Shown: positions 20,364-31,446, counted from the stretch's first letter. The stretch: DNA of 64,000 nucleotides from Hyphomicrobiales bacterium (GCA_041725915.1 JBGRPZ010000007.1:1160-65159), one strand, 5' to 3'. Numbers and translations: made by a program. The notes: generated from the letters alone by a model not told the origin.

Positions 20364-21593
20364 TTAGAGATCTGCACCTCTATTGAATGCCTTTTCACAA
20401 TGATCAACCAGAGTTTGTATATCATTTTCATATACATAATCCCAACCCAACCATAGGTATTTATTTTCCTCAGGAACTCTATTATCAACTTCAGGATGAG
20501 TAGAAGGAAATAAGCCCTGATGTGCCAGTAATTCACCTACTTTTTTAGAAGCCAAGAAGTCAATTACAGGCTGTAAGTTCTTATTTGTATCACTTTTTGT
20601 CAACATAAAAATAGGACTGATAATAGCACCATCAGAAGGCCATACAGCAGCCATAGTACCCCCTTCTTTCACCATCTTAGTGAAGAAATAAGGCATAATA
20701 GTCACCGCAGGTTTATCACCTTGCTTTTTGTGTGAACGAACCATTTGTGAAGGATGCATATCAGTAAGAAGAGAACGACCCAGTTTTTCCAAAGCTTTCT
20801 CACCATACAAGCGATACAGAGAAAGGAGAATAGCATTAAATAAATCAAAGTCGCCAATAGGAAGGCTAACACTCTTTTCAAACTCAGGACTCAAAATATC
20901 TTCCCAAGACTGAGGGACTTTACGCCCATTCAATTCATTCTTATTCACAAGAAAGACAGCCGGAACAACACCTATAATACTATAGTGACCTGAAGGATCT
21001 TTCAGTGAAACATAATCATTATCAAAATCTTTATTCAAACGGTCATAAGATACACGATCAGCAAAAACATCATCTTTCTTGAAACGTCCCATCTTCTTTT
21101 CATCAAAGAACATATCAAAGCCTGCTGAAAGATATACATCTGCAAGATCATTTTTAGTAGCTTCAGGAGCCCAGTCATCTCTAATCCAATCTACACCCAT
21201 AGAAGCCGCCTGAAGTTCATACTTTATATCAGTACCATCAGTAGCAAGTTTCTCAGCAAAAGCCTCCATTTGTTCCGTCAATGGAATACGAATAGGACAA
21301 GGCAACAAGCCTTTAACTAGAATTCCGGAATCACCATTACCAAAAGAAGATGAGGCTTCAGCTTTATTTCTCTCCTGCTCGATCGTTTCTTCAAGAAGTA
21401 CAGAGAAAGACTTCATATCTATCTGACGGAAATTCAATGCTACTTCCAGTGTAATATTAGCACCAAATAACTCTCTCTTTTCAGGGTCATCCATTTGAGG
21501 AAAGCCATTAGCTTTGAATACCCTTATAGTTTCAGGGTATTTATTTGTAATGGTTAATAGTGTATCGTTTGAATCAAAATATTTTCCTGACAT
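20364..21593 (-). CDS. DUF1858-like domain + ABC substrate-binding-fold protein, no signal peptide
   Basis: N-terminal KYPETIRVFKANGF; LPCP; SBP-like PQSWEDIL and VWPSDGAIISP. Confidence 0.75.
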   Translation of the reverse strand: MSGKYFDSNDTLLTITNKYPETIRVFKANGFPQMDDPEKRELFGANITLEVALNFRQIDMKSFSVLLEETIEQERNKAEASSSFGNGDSGILVKGLLPCPIRIPLTEQMEAFAEKLATDGTDIKYELQAASMGVDWIRDDWAPEATKNDLADVYLSAGFDMFFDEKKMGRFKKDDVFADRVSYDRLNKDFDNDYVSLKDPSGHYSIIGVVPAVFLVNKNELNGRKVPQSWEDILSPEFEKSVSLPIGDFDLFNAILLSLYRLYGEKALEKLGRSLLTDMHPSQMVRSHKKQGDKPAVTIMPYFFTKMVKEGGTMAAVWPSDGAIISPIFMLTKSDTNKNLQPVIDFLASKKVGELLAHQGLFPSTHPEVDNRVPEENKYLWLGWDYVYENDIQTLVDHCEKAFNRGADL

Positions 21594-21656
21594 AAATTTT
21601 CTTTCTCTTATTAATATTGGTAAAGGGGCGAAAATAGATTCGCCCCAATTTATATA

Positions 21657-23306
21657 TTAAGCCATAAACATCTTAATGTCATCATCAACCTCACCAATAC
21701 CAGCAATACCAAATGTATCAACAAGAACATTAGCAACATTTGGAGATAAGAACGCAGGTAAGGTAGGTCCTAAGTGGATATTCTTCACGCCAAGTGAAAG
21801 AAGAGCAAGCAGTACAATAACAGCTTTTTGCTCATACCATGCGATATTGTATGCAATAGGAAGATCATTAACATCATTTAGTTCGAATACTTCCTTCAAT
21901 TTCAATGCAATCACTGCAAGAGAATAAGAATCATTACACTGACCAGCATCCAATACACGAGGGATACCACCTATATCACCTAAAGGCAATTTATTGTAAC
22001 GATACTTAGCACAACCAGCAGTAAGAATTATAGTATCTTGAGGTAGTTTAGTTGCAAACTCTTCATAGTAAGAACGATCTTTCATACGGCCATCACAACC
22101 AGCCATAACGAAGAACTTCTTGATAGCACCACTCTTTACAGCATCAACAACTTTGTCAGCAAGAGCGATCACCTGATTATGTGCAAATCCACCTACAATT
22201 TCACCAGTTTCAATTTCTTTTGGAGCTTCACACTTCTTAGCATGTTCAATAACTACAGAGAAGTCTTTTCTTCCACCTTCAGGACGGTCAGCAATATGAG
22301 TATATCCAGGGAAACCAGAAGCACCAGTAGTATATACTTTATCTTGGTAAGATGCATTGTTTCTAGGAGGAACAATACAGTTGGTAGTAAATAAAATAGG
22401 ACCGTTAAAGCTTTCGAATTCTGTTGTCTGCTTCCACCATGCATTACCATAGTTACCAACGAAGTTATCATACTTCTTGAAGAATGGATAGTAGTGAGCA
22501 GGAAGCATTTCACTATGAGTATAAACGTCTACGCCTGTACCTTTTGTCTGTTCAAGTAGATCTTCAAGATCTCTAAGGTCGTGACCACTAATAAGGATAC
22601 CCGGATTATTTTTTACGCCTATGTTAACTGAAGTGATCTCAGGGTTTCCGTATCTATCAGTATGAGCAGCATCAAGTAAAGCCATTACTTCAACACCAAA
22701 CTTACCACATTCCATATTTAATGCAACAAGATCATCTGCAGAAAGAGAATCATCAGTAGTAGCTACTAGAGCTTTATGCATAAATGCGAAAATATCATCT
22801 TTACGGCTACCAAGATTAGAAGCATGTTCTGCATAAGCAGCCAAACCTTTTAAACCATATGTTAAAAGCTCTCTCAATGAGCGTACATCTTCATTCTCTG
22901 TTAATAATATACCTACTTCTATAGCCTTTACAAGTAAGTCATTATCATTAGATGCATTCCATGTTGCACACTCAGGAAGGTTGTTAAGTTCAATACTGTT
23001 ATTTTCAGCCTCTGCCTTAAGCTCATTCCTTAAAGCAAGACCAGCTTTAATTCTTTTTACAAACTCAGCATCATCAAAGTTAGCATTCGTAATTGTGGTG
23101 AATAAACCTTCCATCACAAAAGTATCTACCTTGTCAGAAGTAATCCCCTTTTCTCTCAATTTCTGAGAATATACAGAGATACCTTTAAGTACATACATTA
23201 ATAAATCCTGAAGATTACTTACATCTTCATTTTTACCACAAACGCCTTTTATAGTACAGCCAGTTCCTTTAGCGGCTTCCTGACATTGAAAACAAAACAT
23301 GCTCAT
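21657..23306 (-). CDS. hcp: hybrid cluster protein (hydroxylamine/NO reductase)
   Basis: MFCFQCQE...[40 protein letters not shown]. Confidence 0.97.
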   Translation of the reverse strand: MSMFCFQCQEAAKGTGCTIKGVCGKNEDVSNLQDLLMYVLKGISVYSQKLREKGITSDKVDTFVMEGLFTTITNANFDDAEFVKRIKAGLALRNELKAEAENNSIELNNLPECATWNASNDNDLLVKAIEVGILLTENEDVRSLRELLTYGLKGLAAYAEHASNLGSRKDDIFAFMHKALVATTDDSLSADDLVALNMECGKFGVEVMALLDAAHTDRYGNPEITSVNIGVKNNPGILISGHDLRDLEDLLEQTKGTGVDVYTHSEMLPAHYYPFFKKYDNFVGNYGNAWWKQTTEFESFNGPILFTTNCIVPPRNNASYQDKVYTTGASGFPGYTHIADRPEGGRKDFSVVIEHAKKCEAPKEIETGEIVGGFAHNQVIALADKVVDAVKSGAIKKFFVMAGCDGRMKDRSYYEEFATKLPQDTIILTAGCAKYRYNKLPLGDIGGIPRVLDAGQCNDSYSLAVIALKLKEVFELNDVNDLPIAYNIAWYEQKAVIVLLALLSLGVKNIHLGPTLPAFLSPNVANVLVDTFGIAGIGEVDDDIKMFMA

Positions 23307-23362
23307 TTCTTATTATTTTTTGATCTTTTATTCTTTGTTACTTATATCTGAAACGCTTATTT

Positions 23363-23430
23363 AAGTATTTCGATACGCAAATTAAACAATAGTTTCTGTA
23401 ATAAACAAGAAAAAAGGTATCGTATTACCT
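23363..23430. promoter_or_regulatory. two candidate Rrf2 operators upstream of hcp
   Basis: AAGTAT-TTCG-ATACGC (23363) and AGGTAT-CGTA-TTACCT (23415). Confidence 0.55.
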
Positions 23431-23507
23431 GAATAGGATTATTTACATACGATCTAAACAATAAGAAAAGGTGAAAAAAAAACGGGAACATCCCGTTTTA
23501 TAAGCGT

Positions 23508-23906
23508 TTACAAGTACATATCAAGCGATTGCCCTTTCATGTAATCCCGATATTCCATTGTCATCCTACTAGTAACATTATTCATTATACACTTATCAAA
23601 AGGACAAACTTGTTTATCCAAAGGACATGCATGTACTTCTATTTTGCCTTCAATAGCTTCATAAATCTGTAATAAAGTAATCTCATTTGGTTCCTTCTTC
23701 AAGAAAAAGCCTCCAGAAGGACCTCTCAGAGAACTCACCAGATTTTCTTTTACTAAACGCTGAAATACTTTTGCTACATGATGCTTCGAACTAGAAGTGG
23801 CTTCAGCAATATGAGCAACATTCATCATCTCTTGTGATCTTGCCACCAGAATCATTCCATGTAGAGCTATAGAAGCAGCTTCGGATAAAGTGAATATCTT
23901 TGCCAT
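23508..23906 (-). CDS. Rrf2 family transcriptional regulator (3 Cys, probable Fe-S)
   Basis: SLRGPSGGF, ITLLQIYEAIEG, CPLDKQVCPFDKC. Confidence 0.93.
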   Translation of the reverse strand: MAKIFTLSEAASIALHGMILVARSQEMMNVAHIAEATSSSKHHVAKVFQRLVKENLVSSLRGPSGGFFLKKEPNEITLLQIYEAIEGKIEVHACPLDKQVCPFDKCIMNNVTSRMTMEYRDYMKGQSLDMYL

Positions 23907-23915
23907 TTATAATCT

Positions 23916-23989
23916 AGGTATTTAAATACTTATTAACAAATCCTATTTGTGCGTAATAACGGTAAATAAATTAAGATATTGCAATACTT
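23916..23989. promoter_or_regulatory. two candidate Rrf2 autoregulatory operators
   Basis: AGGTAT-TTAA-ATACTT (23916) and AGATAT-TGCA-ATACTT (23974). Confidence 0.55.
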
Positions 23990-24179
23990 AAATTATCGAA
24001 TTGATACATCGGTTGATAATAGAGGGATAGCAATAAATATCATACAACCTCTAACAAAATATAAATGTCAATGTTCTTACAATTTATAGACTGAACAATG
24101 GTTATTTACCTTCGGGCATTTATATTTACCTAATTTTGTCTTAGAGAAAAACAATTAGACGTCATCAAAAACCTTAAAC

Positions 24180-25316
24180 ATGTATTCAGAAATACTACAG
24201 CAAACAGTAATAATAACTGGATTTGTACTTGTCATGATGCTACTAATAGAGTATCTGAATGTGCAGTCCAGTGGGAAATGGATAAATGGACTCAAGAAAA
24301 AAAGTAAGATTCAATCAGTATTGGGGGTCATTTTAGGAGCAGCACCAGGGTGCTTGGGAACATATACCGCCGTATCTCTGTACTCTCACAAGAACATGGG
24401 TTTCTCAGCATTATTAATGACTATGATCTTAACAACAGGAGATGAAGCTTTCTTCATGCTCTCACTAATTCCAAACACTTTTGTAAAGATTACTATCATA
24501 CTATTAATTATAGGTATAATAGTAAGTATTGCCCTTAGAAAAGTCTTCCAGAGCAAAATGTTTTCAGATACATTAAATCATAATCTTGAGGTACACCATC
24601 ATCATCACTGTGTTTCAACAAAGAGTAATATTATTGACAACTTTAGACGTATAAGCTTTCCAAGAGCCATCTTATTATCAGCCTTAATTATATTCATAAT
24701 AGGATTGAGTACAGGAAGAATACAACACTCTCACACCTTTGCCCCAAACAACACAGAACATACAAGTGCAGAAATACATGAAGGGCATCAGCATAACCAT
24801 GAAGAACACGCTCATTTCGATGAACATGCTCATACAAGTGATGTTCATGAACATGGACAATGGGATTGGTTCAATATCACACTTATATCAGTATGCTTTC
24901 TTGCACTGCTGATTATAGCAACAGTACCAGATCACTTCTTGAATGAACACTTATGGGATCACATTATAAAGAAGCATGCTCTAAAGATATTTATATGGTC
25001 ATTAATCATATTATCAGTAATCTTCTTTGCAAGTGAATATATAGATATCCAAAGTTGGGTATCCAACAATTACTTCAAGACATTGATTATAGCCTTACTT
25101 ATAGGTATTATTCCACAATCAGGCCCACATTTGATATTTATAGTGCTCTTTGCTCAGGGAACAGTCCCATTCAGTATTCTGCTTGGAAACTCTATCGTTC
25201 AAGATGGTCATGGTGCTTTACCCCTACTTGCAGAATCTAAAAAGAGTTTCATATTAATAAAAGGTATAAAGTTTGTAATTGCTTTGATAATAGGAATTGT
25301 TTATTATTTCATATAA
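24180..25316 (+). CDS. putative metal transporter (DUF2899 / putative manganese transporter-like) with His-rich loops
   Basis: Multiple TM segments; PGCLG, GDEAF, IPQSGPH, QDGHG; HHHHH and HEGHQHNHEEHAH. Confidence 0.75.
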   Translation: MYSEILQQTVIITGFVLVMMLLIEYLNVQSSGKWINGLKKKSKIQSVLGVILGAAPGCLGTYTAVSLYSHKNMGFSALLMTMILTTGDEAFFMLSLIPNTFVKITIILLIIGIIVSIALRKVFQSKMFSDTLNHNLEVHHHHHCVSTKSNIIDNFRRISFPRAILLSALIIFIIGLSTGRIQHSHTFAPNNTEHTSAEIHEGHQHNHEEHAHFDEHAHTSDVHEHGQWDWFNITLISVCFLALLIIATVPDHFLNEHLWDHIIKKHALKIFIWSLIILSVIFFASEYIDIQSWVSNNYFKTLIIALLIGIIPQSGPHLIFIVLFAQGTVPFSILLGNSIVQDGHGALPLLAESKKSFILIKGIKFVIALIIGIVYYFI

Positions 25317-25512
25317 ACCACTTATGAAGGGTACAGTTAGCCTGTACTCTTCTTTCTTCAATGTTTCTAACTCATACAAACTAAAACATCAATATTCAAT
25401 CTCTTATCGTAAATAAAATCACCTCTGACACAAGCTTAGATATAACTCTATCGTTTTCAGAATAAAACTATTATCTTTATTATATCAATATTCCATAGCT
25501 AAAATATTTGTT

Positions 25513-26403
25513 ATGAAAAAGATACTCATCCCCGTTGATTTCTCTGAACACTCTATTACAACATGTAAATTCGCCTTAAAGCTTTTCAAAGGACATGATA
25601 CAGAAATCACCTTATTCCATACTTATTTTGATCAGTTAACTCTAGCAGAAAATCATCTTACTACAGACCTTGAGCCTAATATCATTGGGTTTATGGACGA
25701 AAGAATCTTTAAAGATCTCAAAAAGAACTCAGAAAAGAAACTTGATGAACTGGCTGAGAATTTAAATAATTATAAAAACATTCTGGGTAATACCTCTATA
25801 ACCATATTGACAAAAACAGAAGGTGGACTCCCTTTGAATGAGGTATTAAATTCAATAAAGAGAGAACATTATGATTATTTATTCCTTGGAAGTAAAAAGG
25901 ATCATGAAAAGCGTATAGGTGATAACAGCTTACAATATAAACTACTGAATAGGTCTTCTATACCTGTATTCGTAGTTCCTCCGGAAGTAGATAATACAGA
26001 AATAAAGAACATTCTCTACCTAACAGAGCTTAATCTCGTAGACATAGACCATATACACGGGCTATACAAATTCTATAAGAGTGACTCTTTACGGATAAAT
26101 ATTCTGCATTTCGAGAAATCAAATAAGGAAAACACTTATGAAAAGATGACTAGCTTCAAAAGCTCCTTCTCTCAATCCGAGACAAATAATGCGCTTGACT
26201 TTATGATTGAGCCTGCTGTAAAGGTTGAAGAAAAACTTGAAGAGCTAACTAAAAGCCTGTCTATTGATCTTATCAGCTTTATACCTCAAAAGAAAACTAT
26301 GTCTCATATCTTTTCTGTTCCTGCTGTATCAAAAAAAGATCTACTACATCTAAACATTCCATTATTAGCTATTCCGGAAAAAGCTATCTACATGAATGAA
26401 TAA
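25513..26403 (+). CDS. universal stress protein (tandem USP domains)
   Basis: MKKILIPVDFSEHS; IPVFVVP; IPLLAIP. Confidence 0.9.
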   Translation: MKKILIPVDFSEHSITTCKFALKLFKGHDTEITLFHTYFDQLTLAENHLTTDLEPNIIGFMDERIFKDLKKNSEKKLDELAENLNNYKNILGNTSITILTKTEGGLPLNEVLNSIKREHYDYLFLGSKKDHEKRIGDNSLQYKLLNRSSIPVFVVPPEVDNTEIKNILYLTELNLVDIDHIHGLYKFYKSDSLRINILHFEKSNKENTYEKMTSFKSSFSQSETNNALDFMIEPAVKVEEKLEELTKSLSIDLISFIPQKKTMSHIFSVPAVSKKDLLHLNIPLLAIPEKAIYMNE

Positions 26404-26539
26404 AATCAATTCATATATAAAAGAATAAAAGGAGATTGACATCTCCTTTTTTTATATCTATAATAACCATTTGTTGACATCAATGAATATAGTATCTTTG
26501 ACCGCTATTTAAAGTTAGGAAACTAAAGAAGATATTAGA

Positions 26540-28492
26540 ATGAAGTTATCGATAATTATTGTCAACTACAATGTAAAGCATTTCCTTGAGCAATGCTTGT
26601 ATTCAGTAAGAAGAGCCATTAAAAATATTGATGCAGAAGTCTTTGTTGTAGACAACAATTCTATCGATGATTCTAATGAAATGGTGCAAGAAAAGTTTCC
26701 TGAAGTAAAGCTTATAGCAAATAAAGATAATGTTGGATTCTCCAAAGCCAACAACCAAGCCATCAGAGTATCTAAAGGTGAATACGTTTTGTTGCTTAAC
26801 CCTGATACTGTCGTTGAAGATGACACCTTCAAGTCTTGCATAGAATTCATGGATGCACATCCTGATGCTGGAGGCCTGGGAGTCAAAATGATTGATGGTA
26901 AAGGAAATTTCCTACCTGAATCAAAACGCGGACTTCCCACTCCTGAAGCTGCTTTCTACAAGATATTCGGAATCTCCAAGCTCTTCCCAAAGTCAAAAAA
27001 GTTCTCTCATTATCACCTCAGCTATCTGGACAAAGATGAAACAAATGAAGTAGAAATCCTTGCTGGTGCTTATATGATGATGAGAAAAGAGGCTCTTGAT
27101 AAAGTTGGCCTTCTTGATGAAACTTTTTTTATGTATGGTGAAGATATTGACCTTTCCTACAGAATCATCAAAGGTGGATACAAAAATTACTACTTCGCTG
27201 ATGCAAGAATTATACACTATAAAGGAGAAAGCACAAAGAAGAGCAGTGTAAATTATGTGTTTGTCTTTTATAATGCAATGATCATCTTTGCGAAGAAACA
27301 TTTCTCTCAAAAGAATGCAAAACTTTTCTCCTTACTGATCAATGCTGCTATCTACTTTAGAGCTGGATTGGCAATCTTCAACAGGTTTGTAAAAAAGGCT
27401 ATTCTACCCATCCTTGACTTTATACTTATATTTATTGGTATCTTCTTCATAAAAGAATATTGGGAACAAAATATATTCTCCGACTTTCAGGACTATTACC
27501 CTGCCCTGCTGATGAAGTATGAAATCCCTTCTTTTATTGTAATATGGTTATCTTCTTTATGGTTGAGTGGTGGATATGATAAAACTACAAAGCCGGGAAA
27601 AGTACTTCAAGGTATAGGAATGGGTACTCTTGCTATACTTGTAATTTATGCATTACTCCCTGAAAGTTTACGATTCTCAAGAGCTTTGGTATTGATTAGT
27701 GCTGCATGGAGTACAATTACCATCTTCCTGAACAGAATTGTCCTCAACCTCATTGGTTTTAAATCCTCAAAGATTGGATATGATAAAAACAAAAGGTTTG
27801 TAATTATAAGTGATCAATCCGAAGGTGAAAGAGTAAAGAGATTATTGGAGTCTACATATTATAATCCTATAATCACCGGTATTGTCAATGTCAATAATAC
27901 TAAAGAAAAAGGATTCATCGGCAATATATCTCAGGTGAAAGAAATCATAAACATACATAAGATCAATGAAGTTATATTCTGCTCTAAGTCTATTTCGCAC
28001 CAAAAGATAATGGACTATATGGCCGAGCTTCAAAGTCCGGATATCGATTTCAAGATTGCTCCTGAAGATAGTCTGTCTATAATCGGAAGTAACTCCATAC
28101 ATACATCAGGAGATTTATATACTATTGACATCAATTCTATTGACAAAGGATACAACAGAAGAAACAAAAGACTATTCGATATTATACTATCTTTTTTCCT
28201 TATTACCTCCTTCCCTATCTCGATGCTATTCATAAAGAACCCTTTTGGGCTGCTAAAAAATATCTTCCATACTATTATTGGCTGTAAATCGTGGGTAGGA
28301 TACGAAGAAAACAACTCTCAGGTAAAGCTTCCCAAAATCAAGAAAGGCATACTTTCTCCCGTAATAAGTATCAGAAAAATAATACAAGCAGAAACAATTA
28401 CTAAATTGAATTTGTTATATGCGCGGGATTATAAAGTAATTACTGATCTCAAGATCATACTTAAAGGTTTTAAACATTTAGGTCGGGATTAA
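26540..28492 (+). CDS. GT2 glycosyltransferase fused to TM / sugar-transferase-like C-terminal region
   Basis: SIIIVNYN, VVDNNS, LLLNPD, YGEDID; C-terminal KRLFDI. Confidence 0.9.
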   Translation: MKLSIIIVNYNVKHFLEQCLYSVRRAIKNIDAEVFVVDNNSIDDSNEMVQEKFPEVKLIANKDNVGFSKANNQAIRVSKGEYVLLLNPDTVVEDDTFKSCIEFMDAHPDAGGLGVKMIDGKGNFLPESKRGLPTPEAAFYKIFGISKLFPKSKKFSHYHLSYLDKDETNEVEILAGAYMMMRKEALDKVGLLDETFFMYGEDIDLSYRIIKGGYKNYYFADARIIHYKGESTKKSSVNYVFVFYNAMIIFAKKHFSQKNAKLFSLLINAAIYFRAGLAIFNRFVKKAILPILDFILIFIGIFFIKEYWEQNIFSDFQDYYPALLMKYEIPSFIVIWLSSLWLSGGYDKTTKPGKVLQGIGMGTLAILVIYALLPESLRFSRALVLISAAWSTITIFLNRIVLNLIGFKSSKIGYDKNKRFVIISDQSEGERVKRLLESTYYNPIITGIVNVNNTKEKGFIGNISQVKEIINIHKINEVIFCSKSISHQKIMDYMAELQSPDIDFKIAPEDSLSIIGSNSIHTSGDLYTIDINSIDKGYNRRNKRLFDIILSFFLITSFPISMLFIKNPFGLLKNIFHTIIGCKSWVGYEENNSQVKLPKIKKGILSPVISIRKIIQAETITKLNLLYARDYKVITDLKIILKGFKHLGRD

Positions 28493-28621
28493 TGCTAACA
28501 AACGTTTTTAAAGGCTGATAATCAGTCAATATTGAACTAAAATCATTAATTTTGCTTTGTAACTCCCTTCTCCTTACTTGTCTGAATCAGTAAGGTTTCA
28601 TAATTATAAAATCGTGACTAC

Positions 28622-29926
28622 ATGGCAAAATTCGAGATAGTAATGCCCAAGCTGGGCGAAAGTATTATTGAAGCAACCATAACAAAATGGTTGAAGGAAG
28701 AAGGTGAACGCGTTGAAGAGGATGATTCTATTGTTGAGATTGCCACGGACAAAGTAGACTCCGAAATACCTTCTCCTGTTGATGGTGTTATAAAGAAACG
28801 CCTTTTCAATGAAGGTGATGTTGTGCCTGTTGGTGAAATCATCGCTATAATTGATACTGATGACGATAGCAGCGAAGTTGAAGACGAAGAGCCTATAGAA
28901 GTAAAAAGTGCTGCAAGTTCTATCACCGAGGAAATCAACTCTATATCTTCTGATGTTAAAGTCGAAGCTCATAGCTCTGACAGATTTTACTCTCCTCTTG
29001 TAAGGAATATCGCTAAGGAAGAAAATATATCTATGCAGGAACTTGATACAATCAAGGGCTCTGGAAAAGATAATAGAGTCACTAAAGATGATATCCTTGC
29101 TTATGTGAAAGCCAGAAAAGAAACTCCTGCTTCTGCACCTAAACAAACTCAGATAGCTCCTATACAAAAGACAACGCAAGCAGTAACTGTGCAAGCTGTC
29201 CCTGTAAGCTCTGAAGAAGGTGATACCATTGTAGAAATGGACAGAATGAGGAAGATCATCGCTGAAAGAATGCTTACTTCTAAACACATTTCTCCTCATG
29301 TCACTATGTTTATTGATATTGATATGACAAACATCGTGAACTGGAGAAATAAAGTGAAAAATGAATTCCTGAAGAGAGAAGGCGAAAAGATCACTTATAC
29401 TCCTATCTTTATTGAGGCTGTTGCCAAGGTGCTTAAAGAATTCCCTGGTGTGAATGCTTCTGTGGATGGCAATAACATTATATACCGTAAGAATATCAAT
29501 GTTGGTATGGCTACTGCCCTGCCTAATGATAATCTTATCGTCCCTGTTATCAAAAATGCTGACCAGAAGAATCTTCTTGGAATCACCAAGACTGTAAATA
29601 GTCTTGCCGGCAGAGCCAGAATCAATAAGCTACAGCCTGATGAAATTCAGGGAGGAACTTTCACGGTTACCAACTTTGGAACATTTGATAACTTGACAGG
29701 TACGCCTATTATCAATCAACCTGAAGTTGCTATCCTTGGTATTGGAACAATCAGGAAACAACCAACCGTACTAGAAACCCCTGATGGTGATGTTATAGGT
29801 ATCAGACATATTTCTATATTCTCCCTTGCTATGGATCATAGAATTGTTGATGGTGCTATGGGTGGTAAGTTCCTGAAACGCATGAAAGAAGTACTGGAAA
29901 GATTCGATCCTAATACAGAGATCTAA
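28622..29926 (+). CDS. 2-oxo acid dehydrogenase E2 (dihydrolipoamide acyltransferase)
   Basis: Lipoyl ATDKV, E3-binding SPLVRNIA, catalytic DHRIVDG. Confidence 0.95.
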   Translation: MAKFEIVMPKLGESIIEATITKWLKEEGERVEEDDSIVEIATDKVDSEIPSPVDGVIKKRLFNEGDVVPVGEIIAIIDTDDDSSEVEDEEPIEVKSAASSITEEINSISSDVKVEAHSSDRFYSPLVRNIAKEENISMQELDTIKGSGKDNRVTKDDILAYVKARKETPASAPKQTQIAPIQKTTQAVTVQAVPVSSEEGDTIVEMDRMRKIIAERMLTSKHISPHVTMFIDIDMTNIVNWRNKVKNEFLKREGEKITYTPIFIEAVAKVLKEFPGVNASVDGNNIIYRKNINVGMATALPNDNLIVPVIKNADQKNLLGITKTVNSLAGRARINKLQPDEIQGGTFTVTNFGTFDNLTGTPIINQPEVAILGIGTIRKQPTVLETPDGDVIGIRHISIFSLAMDHRIVDGAMGGKFLKRMKEVLERFDPNTEI

Positions 29927-30006
29927 TCACAAGAACAAATATTTATTGGCATTAAGGTTGGGAAATTATATTTTTGCGGTTTCTCAACCTTTTTAATTAT
30001 AGGAAA

Positions 30007-30816
30007 ATGGATTTAAATCTAAACAAACCATTAGCATTTATTGATCTGGAAACAACTGGACTCAAGATAGCAACCGATAGAATCGTAGAAATAAGTATAG
30101 TTAAGGTTATGCCTAAAGGAGAAGTGAAGACTAAGACTTTAAGGCTAAACCCTACTATCCCCATTTCTGAAGAATCTATAAACATTCATAAAATCACTGA
30201 TGAGGATGTTGCAAATGAACCTACTTTCAGTGATGTGGCTAAAGACCTTAACCAATTCTTGAATGGTGCTGATCTTGCTGGCTACAACTCAAACAAGTTC
30301 GACATCCCTCTACTTGTTGAAGAGTTCCTAAGAGCTGATGTTGACTTCGAGTTGAAGGGCAGAAAACTTATCGATGTGCAAAATATATTCCATAAAATGG
30401 AACCTCGTACTCTAAGTGCTGCTTACCAGTTCTATTGCAATAAGTCGTTAGAAAATGCACATAGTGCCGAAGCTGACACTGTAGCAACTTATGAAATCCT
30501 TAAATCGCAAATCGAAAGATATAATAATGTGGAGTATAAGGATAGAAATGGAGATATATCCACTCCTATACAGAATGATGTGAATGCTTTATCGCAATTC
30601 TCTGTTATGAACAAGAATGCTGATCTTGTTGGACACATCATTTTCAATAAGAAAGATGAAGAAGTGTTTAACTTCGGTAAGTATAAAGGAAAAACTGTTG
30701 ACAGCGTTTTCCAAAAAGAACCTGCTTACTATGATTGGATGATGAAAAGCGATTTCCCTTTGTCCACGAAAAAAGTGATCACCTCCATTAAACTCAGAGC
30801 TTTTAATAATAGATAA
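30007..30816 (+). CDS. DnaQ-like 3'-5' exonuclease
   Basis: DLETTG, YNSNKFD, HSAEAD; ATG 30007 preferred. Confidence 0.92.
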   Translation: MDLNLNKPLAFIDLETTGLKIATDRIVEISIVKVMPKGEVKTKTLRLNPTIPISEESINIHKITDEDVANEPTFSDVAKDLNQFLNGADLAGYNSNKFDIPLLVEEFLRADVDFELKGRKLIDVQNIFHKMEPRTLSAAYQFYCNKSLENAHSAEADTVATYEILKSQIERYNNVEYKDRNGDISTPIQNDVNALSQFSVMNKNADLVGHIIFNKKDEEVFNFGKYKGKTVDSVFQKEPAYYDWMMKSDFPLSTKKVITSIKLRAFNNR

Positions 30817-30819
30817 GTT

Positions 30820-31428
30820 ATGAAAATCATCTGCATTGGAAGAAACTACGCTTTACATGCTAAGGAACTCAATAACGCAGTTCCTGAAAAGCCTGTCTTC
30901 TTCATGAAACCTGATTCCGCAATACTGAAAAGTAATAAGCCATTCTATCTTCCTGACTTTAGTGATGATGTCCATTATGAAGTGGAACTTGTCATCAGAA
31001 TTAATAAGATCGGAAAGAATATTGAAGAAAAGTTTGCTCATAAATATTATGATGAAATTGGTCTGGGCATAGACTTTACTGCTCGCGACCTTCAGGCTGA
31101 ATGTAAAAAGAAAGGACTACCATGGGAAGTAGCCAAAGCATTTGATCAGTCTGCTGTGTTGAGTGATTTTATTTCTCTTAAAGACAAAAATATTCAGGAT
31201 ATCAACTTCTCTCTTCTTATCAATGGTGAGCAAAGACAAATTGGGAATTCTAAAGATATGCTTTTCTCTGTTGACAAGATCATTGTATATGTCTCTCAAT
31301 TTATGACCCTCAAAATTGGAGACCTTATTTATACAGGTACTCCTGCTGGTGTGGGTAAAGTCAATATTGGGGATCACCTTGAAGGTTTTATCGAAAACCA
31401 AAAGATGTTTGATACTAAAGTCAAGTAA
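30820..31428 (+). CDS. fumarylacetoacetate hydrolase family protein
   Basis: IGRNYALH, HYEVELV, DFTARDLQ, TGTPAGVG. Confidence 0.93.
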   Translation: MKIICIGRNYALHAKELNNAVPEKPVFFMKPDSAILKSNKPFYLPDFSDDVHYEVELVIRINKIGKNIEEKFAHKYYDEIGLGIDFTARDLQAECKKKGLPWEVAKAFDQSAVLSDFISLKDKNIQDINFSLLINGEQRQIGNSKDMLFSVDKIIVYVSQFMTLKIGDLIYTGTPAGVGKVNIGDHLEGFIENQKMFDTKVK

Positions 31429-31446
31429 CCAAACAAAGATCTAAAG

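Noticed and set aside
28604-29299. 231-aa minus-strand ORF, and the many similar short overlapping ORFs
   Set aside because: Antisense or alternate-frame shadows of well-supported genes, with no motifs.
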